Shown: in pieces, positions 1-14,419 of the stretch
Layout: each line of letters opens with the position of its first letter
How positions within the stretch are numbered: the first letter of the stretch is position 1
Source of the DNA: Octopus vulgaris
Lineage: Eukaryota
DNA: 64,000 nucleotides
Reading direction: 5' to 3'
NCBI GenBank assembly: GCA_951406725.2
Contig: OX597820.1
Coordinates: forward strand, 121,148,001-121,212,000
Notes under the pieces: model-generated
What the model was told of the DNA's origin: nothing
What the model saw: the letters and a program-made list of their open reading frames with translations, nothing else
The model's database searches: none
Position numbers and translations under genes: made by a program

Positions 1-429
1 AAGATGATGATGATGATTAGAAGGAGGAGGCTCATGGTGTGCACAGCGGCGATGTCTACGACCATGATGATGTTAGTTCTGGATCGAGGAGCGAAAAGGA
101 GATTCCTCTTAATGGGGAAAAAACTGAGCGCAGTAAAACCTTGGAAGCATTATTTCACTTCATTTTCTATTCCGGAGACAGTAACAGCTATTTTCATACT
201 AAATCAGTGAGGCTGGATCTCGATTCAATAACGAAATCTTGTCGGGTTTTGATTAAACGACGACAACTTTCTGCTTCGTTTCCACCCCGCTTCAGGTTTC
301 TCTTACGAAATCAGATTTTTAAAAGTCCTTAAGTAATGGTAACAGCAGAGTTCTTTCCCCTTTCTGCTGATTTAAAACATCCAACTGGAGTTTTCAGCTA
401 TAGAGTACAAGTTTGCCCTTTAACCAAAA

Positions 430-880
430 CACACACGCACACCTTATTGTGAAATGAAGCGTTGTCATATCTCTTTTGTGAGTTGGCGAGCTCTCTTCGC
501 CAAAGACCAAGAATAATCACTCGTTATATATTGTGGAAGTTCTCATAATTTCTCAAAACCTGCTGATGAAATTGCTCCTCACCCTCAAAGTCAAATGATG
601 ACTCTGTTATTATAGAAGTAATTAAGTACAATGCATCCAATAAAGAGAACAGCAATATAAAGACGAGCGGAGAACTCCACTGATGTTGGACCACGATAAA
701 TGCCAAAAGCAAGTTCTCTGTCCAAGCTCTCGCCTTCAGCCAACATGGGGTGGCAAAATAAGACCAATTTTCTGGGGTCTCAAACGTTATTTTCACTCAT
801 AGATCCTTAAACCGGAAAGTTGTCCATCCATTTCCAGTCTCACTTTTCTTTCCATGAAGTAATTAAAAAAACTGAAATCA
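430..880 (-). mobile_element. Highly decayed RTE-like LINE fragment (post-RT region)
   Basis: Minus-strand pieces AFGIYRG..ARLYIAVLFIGC and EQFHQQVLRN resemble the RTE motifs AFGRL..RLY.A.VL..LLYGC and E.FHQRCLR; frameshifted. Confidence 0.4.
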
Positions 881-889
881 TTCGAAGTA

Positions 890-1311
890 GGCGCAGGAGT
901 GGCTGTGTGGTAAGTAGCTTGTTTACCAACCACATGGTTCCGGGTTCAGTCCCACTGCGTAGCATCTTGGGCAAGTGATTTCTGCTATAGCCTCGGGCCG
1001 ACCAAAGACTTGTGAGTGGATTTGGTAGGCGGAAACTGAAAGAAGCCCGTCGTATATATGCATATATATATGCGTGTGTGTGTTTGTGTGTCTATGTTTG
1101 TCCCCCTAGCATTGCTTAACAACCGATGCTGGTGTGTTTATGTCCCCGTTACTTAGCGGTTCGGCAAAAAGAGACCGATAGAATAAGTACTGGGCTTACA
1201 AAAAAAAAAGAATAAGTCCCGGGGTCGATTTGCTCGATTAAAAAAGGCGGTGCTCCAGCATGGCCGCAGTCAAATGACTGAAACAAGTAAAAGAGTAAAG
1301 AGTAAAAGAGA
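890..1311 (+). mobile_element. tRNA-derived SINE, family A (full length)
   Basis: Head GGCGCAGGAGTGGCTGTGTGGTAAG with A box and B box GGTTCAGTCCC, CORE-like CTTGGGCAAGTG, internal (TA)/(TG) tract, (AAGAGTAA)n tail; about 10 copies in the window. Confidence 0.9.
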
Positions 1312-1764
1312 GCTGTGAACGTCCGTAGTGATTGCAGCCTAATCCGCCAAATCTTTCGTCACGATTTCAATTCAATTCCATCCAGCTTTTCTTCACCCAC
1401 AGCTGAATGCGGCACCAGCCAGCCGGATTATCCATGGATGGTTATAATCCTATCTGTCCATGCAGCTCAATTGCAGGCTGGAGATTTCGTCTCGCTGCCG
1501 GCAAATGGAGCCAGTGTCATATCCAGCTGAGAGAGTTCTGGAAGACCACTCCAAATTCCCTGGGCTGAAAATCCTCCAGAAGAAGGCAGTTGCTTTCAGC
1601 AGCATTGATGTTCAGAATTTAGCCCAAGGCATCGTTGCCCAGTCTCACAATTTTATCAGTGAGAGAATGCATATGGCGGTATCCAGGATTTTGAATATCC
1701 GACAACGTTTTGTAATTTTCCTTATGATCCTTCATCCGTCATACTATTGAAAATTAAAGATCTA

Positions 1765-1855
1765 ATCATCATCCTCATCATCACCATCACCATCACCATC
1801 ACCATCATCATCACCATCATCATCACCATTATCATTATTATTATCATTATTATTA

Positions 1856-1892
<37 letters not shown>

Positions 1893-2500
1893 CATCATTA
1901 TTATTATTATCATCATTATTATTATTATTATTATCATTACCATCACCATCACCATCATCATCACCATCATCATCACCATTATCATTATTATTATCATTAT
2001 TATTATCATTATTATTATTATTATCATTATTATTATTATCATCATTATTATTATTATTATTATCATTACCATCACCATCACCATCATCACCATCACCATC
2101 ACCATCATCATCACCATCATCATCACCATTATCATTATTATTATCATTATTATTATCATTATTATTATTATTATTATCATTATTATTATTATCATCATTA
2201 TTATTATTATTATTATCATTACCATCACCATCACCATCATCACCATCACCATCACCATCATCATCACCATCATCATCACCATTATCATTATTATTATCAT
2301 TATTATTATCATTATTATTATCATTATTATCATCATTATTATTATTATCATTACCATCACCATCACCATCATCATCACCATCATCATCACCATCATCATC
2401 ACCATTATCATCACCATTATCATTATTATTATCATTATTATTATCATTATTATTATTATTATCATTATCATCATTATTATCATTGGTGGTGGTGGTGGTA
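1765..2500. repeat. Compound ATC/ACC/ATT trinucleotide array with higher-order periodicity
   Basis: Alternating ACC/ATC blocks and ATT/ATC blocks repeated about 5 times; source of the poly-Ile/Thr and poly-Met/Ile ORFs. Confidence 0.95.
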
Positions 2501-2508
2501 GTAGCGAA

Positions 2509-2725
2509 GGTGGTGAGCTGGCGGGATTGTTATCACGCTGAGCAAAATGCTTGAGTGGCATTCCGTCCGTCTTTATGTTCTGAGTTCAAATTCCGCCGGA
2601 GGTCGACTTTACCTGTCATCCTTTCGGGGTCGTTAAAAGAAGTGCTAGTTGAACACTGAGGTCGATATAATCGTATATCCCCTACCCCCAACATTTCAAG
2701 ATTCGTGACTATAATAGAAAGGATT
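2509..2725 (+). mobile_element. tRNA-derived SINE, family B
   Basis: GGTGAGCTGGC head, B box GAGTTCAAATTCC, body GTCGACTTT.CCT.TCATCCTTTCGGGGTCG, (ATT)n tail. Confidence 0.85.
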
Positions 2726-3559
2726 ATTATTGTAATTATTGTTGTAATTGTTGTTGTTGTTTATTTATTGTTGTGGCTACAATCTGTGATAACCACTCAC
2801 ACAGGAAGATAAAATAAAAAGAACCTTTAACTGTAACGAAGCTCTTGCACTCCAAGAGACAAACAAATTCTCAAACATATTAAATTTGTGAATAGAGGAA
2901 GAGAAAGAGGTGGGGCGGAAGGGAGGGAGACGAAGAAGAGTAGGGGGAAGAAGGGAGGCAGAAGAGGAAGGGATGGGAGGAAGGTGGGGGCAGAAGAGGA
3001 AGAGAAAGTCAGGTCAAATGGAAACAATGCGAGGCCGACACTAACACCAAAAAGAGCAAAAGAAAAGGCAAAAAAGTGAAATGGCAGAGGAGAGAGAAAA
3101 AAAATCATAAATTAAATGGACATCCAAGAAAGAAAAGAAACATAAGAACGAAAAACAGACATGGAGTTTGGTTTTTGTTTAATATTAAAGAAAGTAAAAC
3201 AATATTAAAATTTAAAACTTAAAACAAAAAATAAATGAGTAATGAAAACTAGCGAAATAGATGGATGATGTGGAATTTCAAGGAAGTATTTAAAGAAAAA
3301 AAATTAAAAATTTATACAAAATAATTTTTTAATATATATATTTTTTTTTTTTTTTGGTGAGAGGAAAAAATGAATTTAACACCGAAAACTGACAGAGAAA
3401 AAAAAAAAAGAAAAAGAAAAAGAAACGCAATAAAAATTTAGTTTTCATTTTTGAATAACGTCCGATGAAAATATGAAACGAAGGAAAGGAATAAAGAACG
3501 TAGCTGTAAAGTAGACTTAACAATGGCATAACGACCATAACAGGAAGATGAACATCAAC

Positions 3560-3851
3560 TAAGTGTTAACGACAGCAACAACAACATCAACAACGACAAC
3601 GAAGGCGACGTCGACGAGCAATGGAAGGAAGGAGAATGACAATAACAATATCAAACAAGGAGACAAACCTCAACAAAAGCACAACATACCAGAAAATAAC
3701 GAAGAATGTAAACAAATAACTGCAACAACGACGTCGAGAAGAATGAAGAAAAATAAAGAATATCAAGAAAATACAGAAGGAAAAAATGCAATATATACAT
3801 CATCGTCGTCGTCGTTGCCGTCGCAGTCATCTGTTATCGCTGTCACCGTCG

Positions 3852-3883
<32 letters not shown>

Positions 3884-4053
3884 GTCAAGAATAACAATAA
3901 TAATGCTAACCGGGAGGAAATGGACGAAAACGGCAAAAGCAACAATAACAATACTAATGACAAGTTGAACAATAAAAAAAGGACAATAGTTACCAGACAA
4001 TAACAACAAGAACGCTGCTGTTGCCGCTTCTGCTGCTGCTGCGTCTGCTGCTG

Positions 4054-4108
<55 letters not shown>

Positions 4109-4109
4109 A

Positions 4110-4165
<56 letters not shown>

Positions 4166-4760
4166 AGCTACTGTTGCTGCTGCTGCTGCTGCTGCTGCAT
4201 CGCCGTGATTCAGAACAAAACTAAAGAAACAATAAATAAGTAGAGAAAATCAAACAATCCGTTGTAGACAACCCGGAACAAAATAGCAACAACAACAACA
4301 ACAAGAATAAAGAATAAAACTGAAGAAGAGAAGGGAAACCATCACAACCCCCTCACCACCACACTCGCCATCACACCATCACAAACAATAACAACAATAT
4401 AAAGATTATCACTAAAACCATTCTACCACTAACCACAACAACAACAATACTGCCACCAAAACGGTGATCCCCACCACCGCTACAACCACCGCCGAAAGTA
4501 CCACAAAACACAATAACCTGAACTGCAAGAACATAAACACAAATATCATCAACATTAACGGAGAAGCAGGGCTTCCAAAGACGACCACAACAACGAAAAT
4601 GAAATCGGCTTCACTGCCATTCCACCATCGGCCACACCAGCAATATCAACAACACTGCAATTTGTAGCATAAACATCAACGCCCCAAACCACCATTCTTA
4701 TAGCACCACCGACTCAAAGAATGCCTTCCTCAAAATAACAACGGTAGTAGCAGCAGCAGC
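3560..4760. repeat. Low-complexity trinucleotide region (AAC, ATC, CTA, CTG, ACC)
   Basis: Pure (CTA)n at about 4054-4170, (ATC)n at about 3853-3882, degenerate AAC/ACC runs. Confidence 0.9.
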
Positions 4761-5416
4761 AGAGAAAACAACACACACAACAAAGGGGTCAAGAAAAAAA
4801 TGCGACAATTTCATCAAGAAAATTATTGAAGCTTACACTATCTAAAGAAATGAAATGGATATTTATTTAGTTTTATTAAAGAGGGAATTTGGGTGTAAAG
4901 ACATTTTTTAATGCGAAAATTGTAAAAATAAAAGGGAAAATATAATAAAAATAAGAATTAAAAGACATTAAGTAGGAAGAAAAGAAAGAGGAACATTGGC
5001 ACAACAAAAAAAAAGTAAAACAAAAGATGAACTTTCGCTGTGGAATGTCTGAATGGGATTTTGTTTATTTCTTTGTACTTTTATTTATGGATTTTTGTAA
5101 TAATTCGGGAGTGAAAGCGTGGGGGAAGGGGGGTCGATAGAATATAAATCATGGGGTCATAAGCATTGGAAGTACCGTGTGAATAAGTGCGATATGCTTC
5201 TTGCTTGACGTTATGTGCAAAATTTGAAGAATTACGATTTTAGAAGTGCGTGCGTTTGTTTACGTGACAGAGGAATCATATATATATATATATATATATA
5301 TGTATATGGATGGATGGCAGGCCAGAGCTTATGAGATATTGTCATACATCATCTTGTAGAAGAGTAAATATATGATGATGATGATGATGATGATATATAT
5401 ATATATATATATATAT

Positions 5417-5640
5417 CTTTTACACTTTTACTTGTTTCAGTCATTTGACTGCGGCCATGCTGGAGCACCGCCTTTAATCTAGCAACTCGACCCCGGGACT
5501 TATTCTTTTTTTGTAAGCACAGTACTTATTCTATCGGTCTATTTTGCCGAACCGCTAAGTAACGGGGACATAAACACACCAGTATCGGTTGTCAAACAAT
5601 GCTAGGGGGACAAACAAACACAGATACACAAACACACACA

Positions 5641-5694
<54 letters not shown>

Positions 5695-5846
5695 TACGAC
5701 GGGCTTCCTTCAGTTTCCGTCTACCGAAACCACTCACAAGGCTTTGGTCGGCCCGAGACTATAGTAGAAGACACTTGCCCAAGGTGCCACGCAGTTGGGA
5801 CTGAACCCGGAACCATGTGGTTGGTAAACAAGCTACTTACCACACA
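5417..5846 (-). mobile_element. SINE family A
   Basis: Reverse complement of the 890-1311 element, first bases of the head missing. Confidence 0.9.
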
Positions 5847-5848
5847 AT

Positions 5849-6221
5849 GTTTTCATTTGTTACAGTCATTTGACTGCGTCCATGCTGGAGCACCGCCTTT
5901 AGTCGAACCAATCGACCCCAGGATTTTTTCTTTGTTCTATGTCTATTTTGTCGAACCGCTAGGTTACGAGGACGTAAACACACCACCATCGGTTGTAAAG
6001 CGATGGTGGGAGTGACAGACACACAAATACACACACACACACACTCATAAATATATACCCGACGTGCTCCTTTCAGTTTCTGTTTACCAAATCCACTCAA
6101 AAAGGCTTTGGATGGCACGAGGCTATAGTAGAAGACACTTGCCCAAGGTGCCACGCAGTGGGATTGAACTCAAAACCATGTCGTTGTTTAGTGAGCTACT
6201 TACCACAGATCTACTCATGCG

Positions 6222-6223
<2 letters not shown>
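5849..6223 (-). mobile_element. SINE family A (older copy, tandem to previous)
   Basis: Same head, body and tail order, more diverged. Confidence 0.85.
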
Positions 6224-6313
<90 letters not shown>

Positions 6314-6532
6314 TATAGATGGTTAGATAAACAGATATAGATAAATTCGTGTATATACATATTATCATAAGTGAAGAAGACGCCAGTTCTTATGCTTGTG
6401 TGCATGTGTATTTATATATCTGTATATATTACTGTATATACACAGACGCACATGCCTCTATATATTACAAAATAGACAAAAGACGGGAGAATGATAGTGT
6501 CGCCTTCTCTTATGAACGCGAAGAGATACAGT

Positions 6533-6570
<38 letters not shown>

Positions 6571-6873
6571 AATATATGTATCTAAATGTATATGTATGTA
6601 TTTACACACAGTTTCACACATACGCACACAGACATATATTTGTATGTATGTATGTATGTATATATATATATATATATATATAAATGTAGACGCATATATA
6701 AATAAATGTATATACACACATATATATAAATGTGTACACAAATATATATATATATATATACACACACATATATTCATATATAAATACATGCATAGATTTA
6801 TATATAAACATATACATATATATATATATATACACACTCATACGTAAACGTGTGTTTGAGTTTGTGATTGTAA

Positions 6874-6914
<41 letters not shown>

Positions 6915-7030
6915 GCATTATTATGAATATATATATATATATACATACAAACATATAGACATACATACATACACATAAACACACACGCATAAAAATGTAA
7001 GGTGTGTGTGTCTGTCTATCTGTACACACA
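6224..7030. repeat. (TA)n/(TG)n/(CA)n microsatellite field
   Basis: Directly visible dinucleotide runs. Confidence 0.9.
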
Positions 7031-7989
7031 TCCCACCCCCAATATTTTTTTATTTTTGTTTCTAATAAGTTTTTGTATTTGTGTGTATCATAATTTATTT
7101 ATCTAAAATTCCTGTTTACATTTTATAGCACTTGTGTCACCATACATAACATTAAACATGTCTCTCTTGTCAAACACTTACTTTTAATGGCATGTGATAA
7201 AACAAATATCAATAATTTAACAACAAATTATTTTAGTAAAATAAGAAAAATATGTGAAAATTGGTGTAAGATTTCCTTGTAGAATCGTCCTACATCGCCG
7301 TAATATAATACCTCAGAAACGTTATGTAATATCAGGTTTTCAATTTTCAATGTATTTAACACATAAATACCTCCTTCAGTATACAAGAATGGGAGAGTTT
7401 AGATATGTAGTATAGACATAAATTAACGAATATATGTGTGTATCTGTGTCTTAATATATGTCTACACTACATATTTAAACTCTCCCATCACACGTGTCCT
7501 ATTACCAATAACTTCATCTCTGCGCTTATTACGAGGTTCAGCCACTGAAAAATTCTCAAGAACCTACATTGTTACTAAATGCCGTTCGTTAGAACAAGTT
7601 TACTGGGGACATAAATTACTGCCCTCCCATTCGGTAGGTAACATCACGAAATTAATAGATATAACCCTTCCCACTAGAATAGCCGTTATATCCCGTTACA
7701 AGTCACGAACTCATCTGGAAGTCTACGCTCATCATCGCTACCACCAAACTTTTAATAGGAATGCATTTAAATATTCAACGACCCCCAAATTTACACACAC
7801 TTTCACCCCCTGTAACATCAATTAACTTAACAGACGTACAACACATTCCGATAACACGAGCAAACGATCAAATACAACCTGGAAATATTCTGGGACAAAT
7901 ACATGACCTCAACTCAAAATACAATATTAGATCGATAATTCATATCATCTTATGGCGTAATCAGCATGTAACTTAAGCGCGACATATAA

Positions 7990-9440
7990 TTTAGTGAAAA
8001 CATGGCAGTCAGAACTCTCCTCTTGCAACAAAACAATAACCCACAATGCATCTGCAGTACCAGTACTGATCCCAACATTTGGGATACATTATTGGTCTGT
8101 AGAGAAAATCCATTCCATAGATATCAAAACCCGCAAAATCTTGACAACTGAGAACTTCCAAAGAAACAGTGATGTTGACAGTTTCTACCTAAGAGGAAAT
8201 GAAAGCTGTAGAGGTTTGAGATTAGACGGCCTTCGAATGCCGTTTGGCATCACTCAAGCAGCACCTGCTAAACAACAGCAGCAAAAGTAAATAAATTAAT
8301 GCAGTGCTGAAAAGTGAAGTGAGCAACATTGTACGAGCTGGCAGTGAACTCCTCAAGAAGCACTCTCTTCCTGATGATCGCCTATACAGCCCCAAACCAG
8401 AGAAGGCCTAGATGGAAAGCACTCAGCATATAAAAAAAATCATGCATGTGTGTATTGCCCGGAAGCTTGAAGAAGACACCAGAATTGACACGAAGCGCAG
8501 CCTCACTTAGGCACAAGGCAACTACATCACATCACACTTTAAAGGCTATACGTTTGCAATACAGGAAAAGGAGATTGCCACAAAGTACCTGGTGAACAAG
8601 AGAGACAGTGACGCTCTTGTACTCCCAAAGTGCAACCGCATGTGTAGGTCATGTCATGATTCTGTGGAAGGCATCACGCATATGATTAGCAGCTCTCCTG
8701 AAATGTCGTCACCGTACTACTTCCATATACGGCTCGACGTTGCCACTAAAATAATTTACAATACCATCCGCATAAAGGACTGTCCTGAAATAAACTTAGA
8801 AAATACCTCTCTTAAGGAATATAGTCATAAACACAAACTCAAGGAATACTGGTGGAATATTCCCATCAAAACTGCTGTCAAATGTAAATGCAACAGGCCG
8901 GATATTGTTGTTTGGGACTGAAGGACAAAGGCATGTACCGTCATGGAGGTCAGCTGCTCTGCAGATATAAATATGATTTCGAAAATCAAAGTAAAATAGG
9001 ATATATATGGACAACTGCTTCGAAACCTCCAGCTTTTATTACATATCCAGACTATGATTTCATATTCATAACAATAATAATTGGAGCACTAGGTTTTGTT
9101 AGTAAATGCTTAAAAGGAGAATCTGGATAAACTGGGATTTTCAGAAAGAGAAATCGACCGGCTGATTCGTACATTACGATGGCAATCTGTGAGTGGAACA
9201 GTAAAAACATGCAAGACTTTTCTCAAGTTTCAAATGTGAATTTGTCTGTGTTAACTACATCCCAAAGATGGAGCCTTGTATCTCCTCAGTGGAAGATTTA
9301 TAATAATTAAAAACTTAGAAGATAAATAAATGATGGCTGCAATTCGATTTCAAGCACTGTCATGGCTCGCTTGTTGTTTTAAAATTGAACAACTCGGATC
9401 TGATTAGAAACCCAAACTCATTTTCTCAGATATGGTATGG
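7990..9440 (+). mobile_element. 5'-truncated, decayed RLE-type non-LTR retrotransposon (R4/Dong-like)
   Basis: CCHC-type knuckle remnant CRSCHDSVEGITHMISS, restriction-like endonuclease RPDIVVWD...EVSC, C-terminal IIIGALGFV; stops and frameshifts; coding ends near 9238. Confidence 0.85.
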
Positions 9441-10859
9441 ATGGGCGCCTTTTGCAGTCGGTGTCTTGAGAACTAACCACCCACACGAACGCAAGGCTTT
9501 ATCCAAGCACGGAATTTTTCATTAAATGTTTTGCCTTTTTCAGCTACGGTCAGCCATAGTAAGCATCACACAAGAGAGATGTTAAAATTCAAGTGCTGCT
9601 CTGTGGAGAGGGCGAATCTCACTTTCTAAGAAACGGCTGTATTTTCCCCGAAAGAACAACCAATCTACATCATTGGAGGCAAACGAATTCCCTGATGTTA
9701 AACAAGTTTTTTTATAGAAACTTTTCTATATAAAGACAAGTTCCCTCCATCGCAATGATATTCCGTACAAGATATATATAGAAGCTTAAACTGGAACACT
9801 CTCGTCAATATTCGTCATAGAAAATAATTATAAATTCGAAAAGTTTTTAAATGTTATGGAACTTAGAAAAATCATCTATGCATTCATTTTTTATGCGTTT
9901 AAATGTGTTTATACTTCGAAAATAATCAAGCATTATGATCTCTGAATCAAAATGTTCATCTTTATAATATTTAAAACATCGTAATAAATTAGCAGTTTAA
10001 TTGTTTTATGTTTATTCGTATTGCTTATACGCTGAAACTATTTAAGTATTGTGCTCTGTGAATGAGATAGTTTAATTCTATGATATTTGAAATATATTCA
10101 AATATTATGACTAAAATTAGTGGTACAATTTATAGATCATAAAATCTGAATATTTTAGAAATACAAAAAATTTAAATATGAAACTATAAAATGATGAGAT
10201 ATATTTTATTTTCCATAATATTTAAAACTTCGTCCATTTAATTTTGGTATTTGAACACCGACAGCTTTCCAAATATATACGCTTTCACTTTTTTTTAATG
10301 TCTGTATACTCCCCGCCACGTATATACACACACATAAACGTACACGTACGTACACACCCGTAGAAATACACACACCCAAACACATACATACGCACCTACA
10401 TACAAACATACACGTGTATGCATATATTTTGCTTGTGGGTGGATGAAAGTGAGAAAGAGACAGAGAAAATGAAGACATTTCTGTCCATGCCACTAACACA
10501 ACCGTACAACTGCCACCCAACGACAACTTTCAGCTGTTCTGCCTCTCCTCTTTCAACTGGTTCTACTTTTCTGCTGCTTACATCGTTCGCTACTTACTTG
10601 GATTTCTCTACAAAGGATGGCAACTATTCATTAAGATTTAGACATCCTGTCTTCACGACAAACCGAAGTACATCAACACTTAGAGACAGAAGTTAGAAAT
10701 TCCCTGCTTATACTCTTTCACAACTAATGTTTTATGTGCATTTAGCAATCATCGGTTGGGAAGACAAATTCTTTGAGGGAGCTATTTTTATTCTAACGCT
10801 TTGAGGTAAACCGAATTTAGTAAATCGAAAGAATGAAACCCACTCCCGCTACATACATG

Positions 10860-10919
<60 letters not shown>

Positions 10920-11239
10920 TACCTAATTATCATTAAAGAACTACTGTCCCGTCTGTTTATAAAAACAAGGACCCCATTCATTAGCATCGACGAAATTTGC
11001 AATAACATCCAGTACTGTGAGGTTGGGAAGCGCAGTGAAGAATATTCTATTCTCCAGTAATGTCTAAAAACAATTGAAACAGCAGCTTTCTGTCGAAATC
11101 AATTATACGCACGCACACACACGCGCGCACATATCGAATACGCATAAAACAAAAGCGGTATTCAATACTTTACAGGACTTAAGTGCATTCCAGGATAGAA
11201 CACCTGTCTTCTGATTATTATTGTTTAACTTTAAGAGTC

Positions 11240-11420
11240 GTTAGCCGGACAAATTGCTTGCGGCATTTTGTCCGTTTTCGTGTTCTACTTTCAGATTCTG
11301 CTGCGGTTGATGTGCTTTTCAGCCCTTCGGGACCGATAAAATAAGTGAAACAGTAGGATCGATATATTCGATTAGTCCCCTCCCTCCAAAATTTCAAGCC
11401 TTGTGCCAAGAGTAGAGAGG
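11240..11420 (+). mobile_element. SINE family B, degraded
   Basis: Recognisable body and tail CCTTGTGCCAAGAGTAGA followed by (ATT)n. Confidence 0.7.
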
Positions 11421-11498
<78 letters not shown>

Positions 11499-12050
11499 GA
11501 GTGAGAGACAGTACATGCCATCAAAGTGTCACTGGGGTACAAGTATATGAAGCCCAGTATACCCCTCATGACTACCCGTCTGATAAGGGTACACCTGGCA
11601 CATGCTTCACAACCATATGTGTTGTGCGACATGGTGATCTCCTGTCAAGATAAACAGCACATGACCTTGCAGGTGGGACTCAGTTACAATTCTCTTCAGG
11701 TCGAGTAACCCATCCCGCTCAAAATGTTCCTGAATAAGGGTTGTTTAAAAATGCTGATCGAAACACTCATGTTTCCAAAGGGGGAATTATTCAAACCCCA
11801 AAGAATCCCTCTCAACACATGGCTACGATACTCCCTCACTATTTCTGCTCGTGATCAGAGATGAACATATTGTCAGCCACTAAGGGACATGCTCAACTGG
11901 TTATGGTCAAACAACTGACAAGTAAATCTGTGGTATTGAGCAGAATATTTGCTGTAGCCCATCTTTTATACCAAGACAAAACAATGTACATGATAACACT
12001 TCCAATCAGTTAAGATCAAAAGCCATGGGAACCACTGCCTGGTACTGCAT
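11499..12050 (-). mobile_element. About 550-bp non-coding retroposon embedded in (ATT)n, copy 1
   Basis: Closely matches 56079-56635 end to end; ends in (AAT)n on the minus strand. Confidence 0.8.
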
Positions 12051-12199
12051 TATTATTTGTCGCAAAAAGTCACGTAAAAAATCGCCAAAATCAATCAGAG
12101 TAATGAAGACTTGAGATTCCAAAATTTCCGGATTATGGGTCCAGATTCGTCTCTGGTTCTTTTTAAATTCCTCAAAGTCAGCATGATTCCAAAATCTTT

Positions 12200-12397
12200 A
12201 TTCCTGTTCCCGTTCTACCTGTAATTCATAGGGCCAGCCTTGCCACACACTGTGTCACGCTGAATCTCCCCGAGAACTATGTTAAGTGTACACGTCTGTG
12301 GAGTGCTCAGCCACTTGCACGTTAATTTCACAAGCATACTGTTCCGTTGATCGGATCAACTGGAACACTCGCCGTCGTACCAAACGGAGTGCCACGT
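12200..12397 (+). mobile_element. 3' part of another SINE-like repeat
   Basis: Tail GTTCCGTTGATCGGATCAACTGGAAC..GTCGT..CGGAGTGCCAC recognised as a recurrent octopus repeat; single copy here. Confidence 0.5.
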
Positions 12398-13973
12398 CGT
12401 AAATACACACACACACACACATGTATGTATAAATGTATGTAGGAAGAAATGTATGGTGCATATATGAGTGTGCGTATGTATGTAAGTATGCATGTATGTT
12501 TATAACTATATATATGTAGTTATGTATGAAATACATTCAGATGTTGATATCAATTATTTACCAAGTTATCCGTTTAAAAACACAAACAGACATTTTACAT
12601 CAAACGGTAACTTGAACCTGCTCTCGTATATCTTTCAATATATAAGTTGTTTGTGGCGGATTTACTGACAAAATAATCATTTTGTAAGAGCATTTGTTTC
12701 GAGCTAAACTTTGATTGTTGTATAACGATGTGACTAATGGACACTTGGATAGAAGTCAATGCGTTCAATCTTGGCTGAGAACGGCTTGCAGAAAATACAA
12801 AGAAACACTCCGGCAAGCAAGCATTGAAATATTCGGTGCGCGACTAAGTGGAAGGCAGCCACACAGTTCAGTTGTTGAGGAGGAGGAAAATAAAAAAAGG
12901 ATAAAAAAAAATTCGATGGATCAATTTAGCGCAAGTGAATGAAAAATTCGTAAGATGAAAGAAAATATTATCAATGCTAGAAGTTGAATAAAAATAAAAC
13001 CTAAAGCTGAGCGAAGGTAAAAGTGCTATTGATATTTAGGTCTGTACGTGTTTGAGTGCATGTCTGTTTACGTGTGTGTGTGAATGAATGTATGTGTGTG
13101 TTTGTGAGTGTGTGTGTCTGTGCCTTTGTGGAAAGTAAAAGGTGGATGCATTTGTCCATTAGTCAAATGGTTTTCTTCAATGAGAATATGTCCTAAGATA
13201 TTCTTCATCACCAGCACCTCCATCAGACACAGTATTATTATTCATACAAAAAATCGTCTGCATCATTTAATCATCATCATCGTCATAATTATCACATGTC
13301 TCCACCATGATCCGCATAATCCTCCTCTTCCTCCTCATTATCATCATCATCATCAGCAACACCACCACCACCACCACCACAACTCCGGCCACCTCCACCA
13401 TCACCACCAATATTATGATCTTTACGGCAGAGATGACAATCAACTAAACTCTTCAGATTTTAGTTTCAATTCCAAGCATGAAGCAATGTGGACAACCAGG
13501 GTAACAACACCCACCTGTCCACCCTGAAACCCACCCCAGACGAGGCAATGGATTCTTACATTGCCCTCTGTTGAAGTGATTTTTGCACTTCACTCTTCCC
13601 AAGATCGACAAAATATCTACCAATATTTTTATATCGAGATTGATTTCATTGATCCCCGTCTATATTGATACGCATAAAATATGTCCTTGTCCCTACCGCA
13701 TCACAAAACTGAAATCAATACTGCACCTACATAAAATATGGGATACAAGAAATAAAATATATTTTACTTTTCTATAATTTCACGCCTGGGAGTGTTGAGG
13801 GCGCCCATATTGAAGCTGGTCTGATTCTTATTTTATCGTCTCTGCTTGTGAAATCGTTAACTTGTGAGGCTTAGATAATATAATCGAACGGTTTTTTTCA
13901 CCTGTAGTAATAAAAACACGGGTACGGAGACAGATACACACCCGTACGCATCAAATTATGTACGTGCATGTAT

Positions 13974-14131
13974 GTCCGTGGCAGATGAGTAAGGGGTTTG
14001 CTTCCCGAAGACATAGATCCGGGTTCAGTCCCAATGTGTGGAACCTTCTGCAACCGATTTCTACTATAGCCCCCGGTCAACCAGACTTGTGAGTGGATTT
14101 GTTAGACGGAAACTGAAAGAAGTTCGTCGTT

Positions 14132-14185
<54 letters not shown>

Positions 14186-14419
14186 GTGTGTGTGTGTGTG
14201 TGTGTGTATGCGTCTGCGCACCTGTTTGTCTCCACAACCGCTTGACAGCCGATGTTGGTTTGTTTATGTCTCCCAGATTTGACGGTACGGCAAAAACGGG
14301 CTGATAGAAAAAGTACCAGGCTTAAAATAAGTAAGTAGTGGGATTGGTATGTTCGACTACAGTCAGGTGCTGCAGCCTGGCAACAGTCAAATGACAAACA
14401 AATAGAAGAATAAAAGAAT
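13974..14419 (+). mobile_element. SINE family A, diverged
   Basis: B box CCGGGTTCAGTCCC, body GTGAGTGGATTTG..AGACGGAAACTGAAAGAAG, expanded internal (TA)n(TG)n. Confidence 0.85.

Noticed and set aside
1722-2561. Longest ORFs (279 and 264 aa) as genes
   Set aside because: They are translations of a trinucleotide array. The same applies to the many YI, CV, HT, poly-I and poly-L ORFs throughout the window.
7291-7330. TACAT...GAAACGTT-ATGTA hammerhead-like layout
   Set aside because: No recognisable CUGANGA core or stem II.
13108-13527. His-rich 139-aa ORF
   Set aside because: Derived from CAT/CAC repeats; no recognisable domain.
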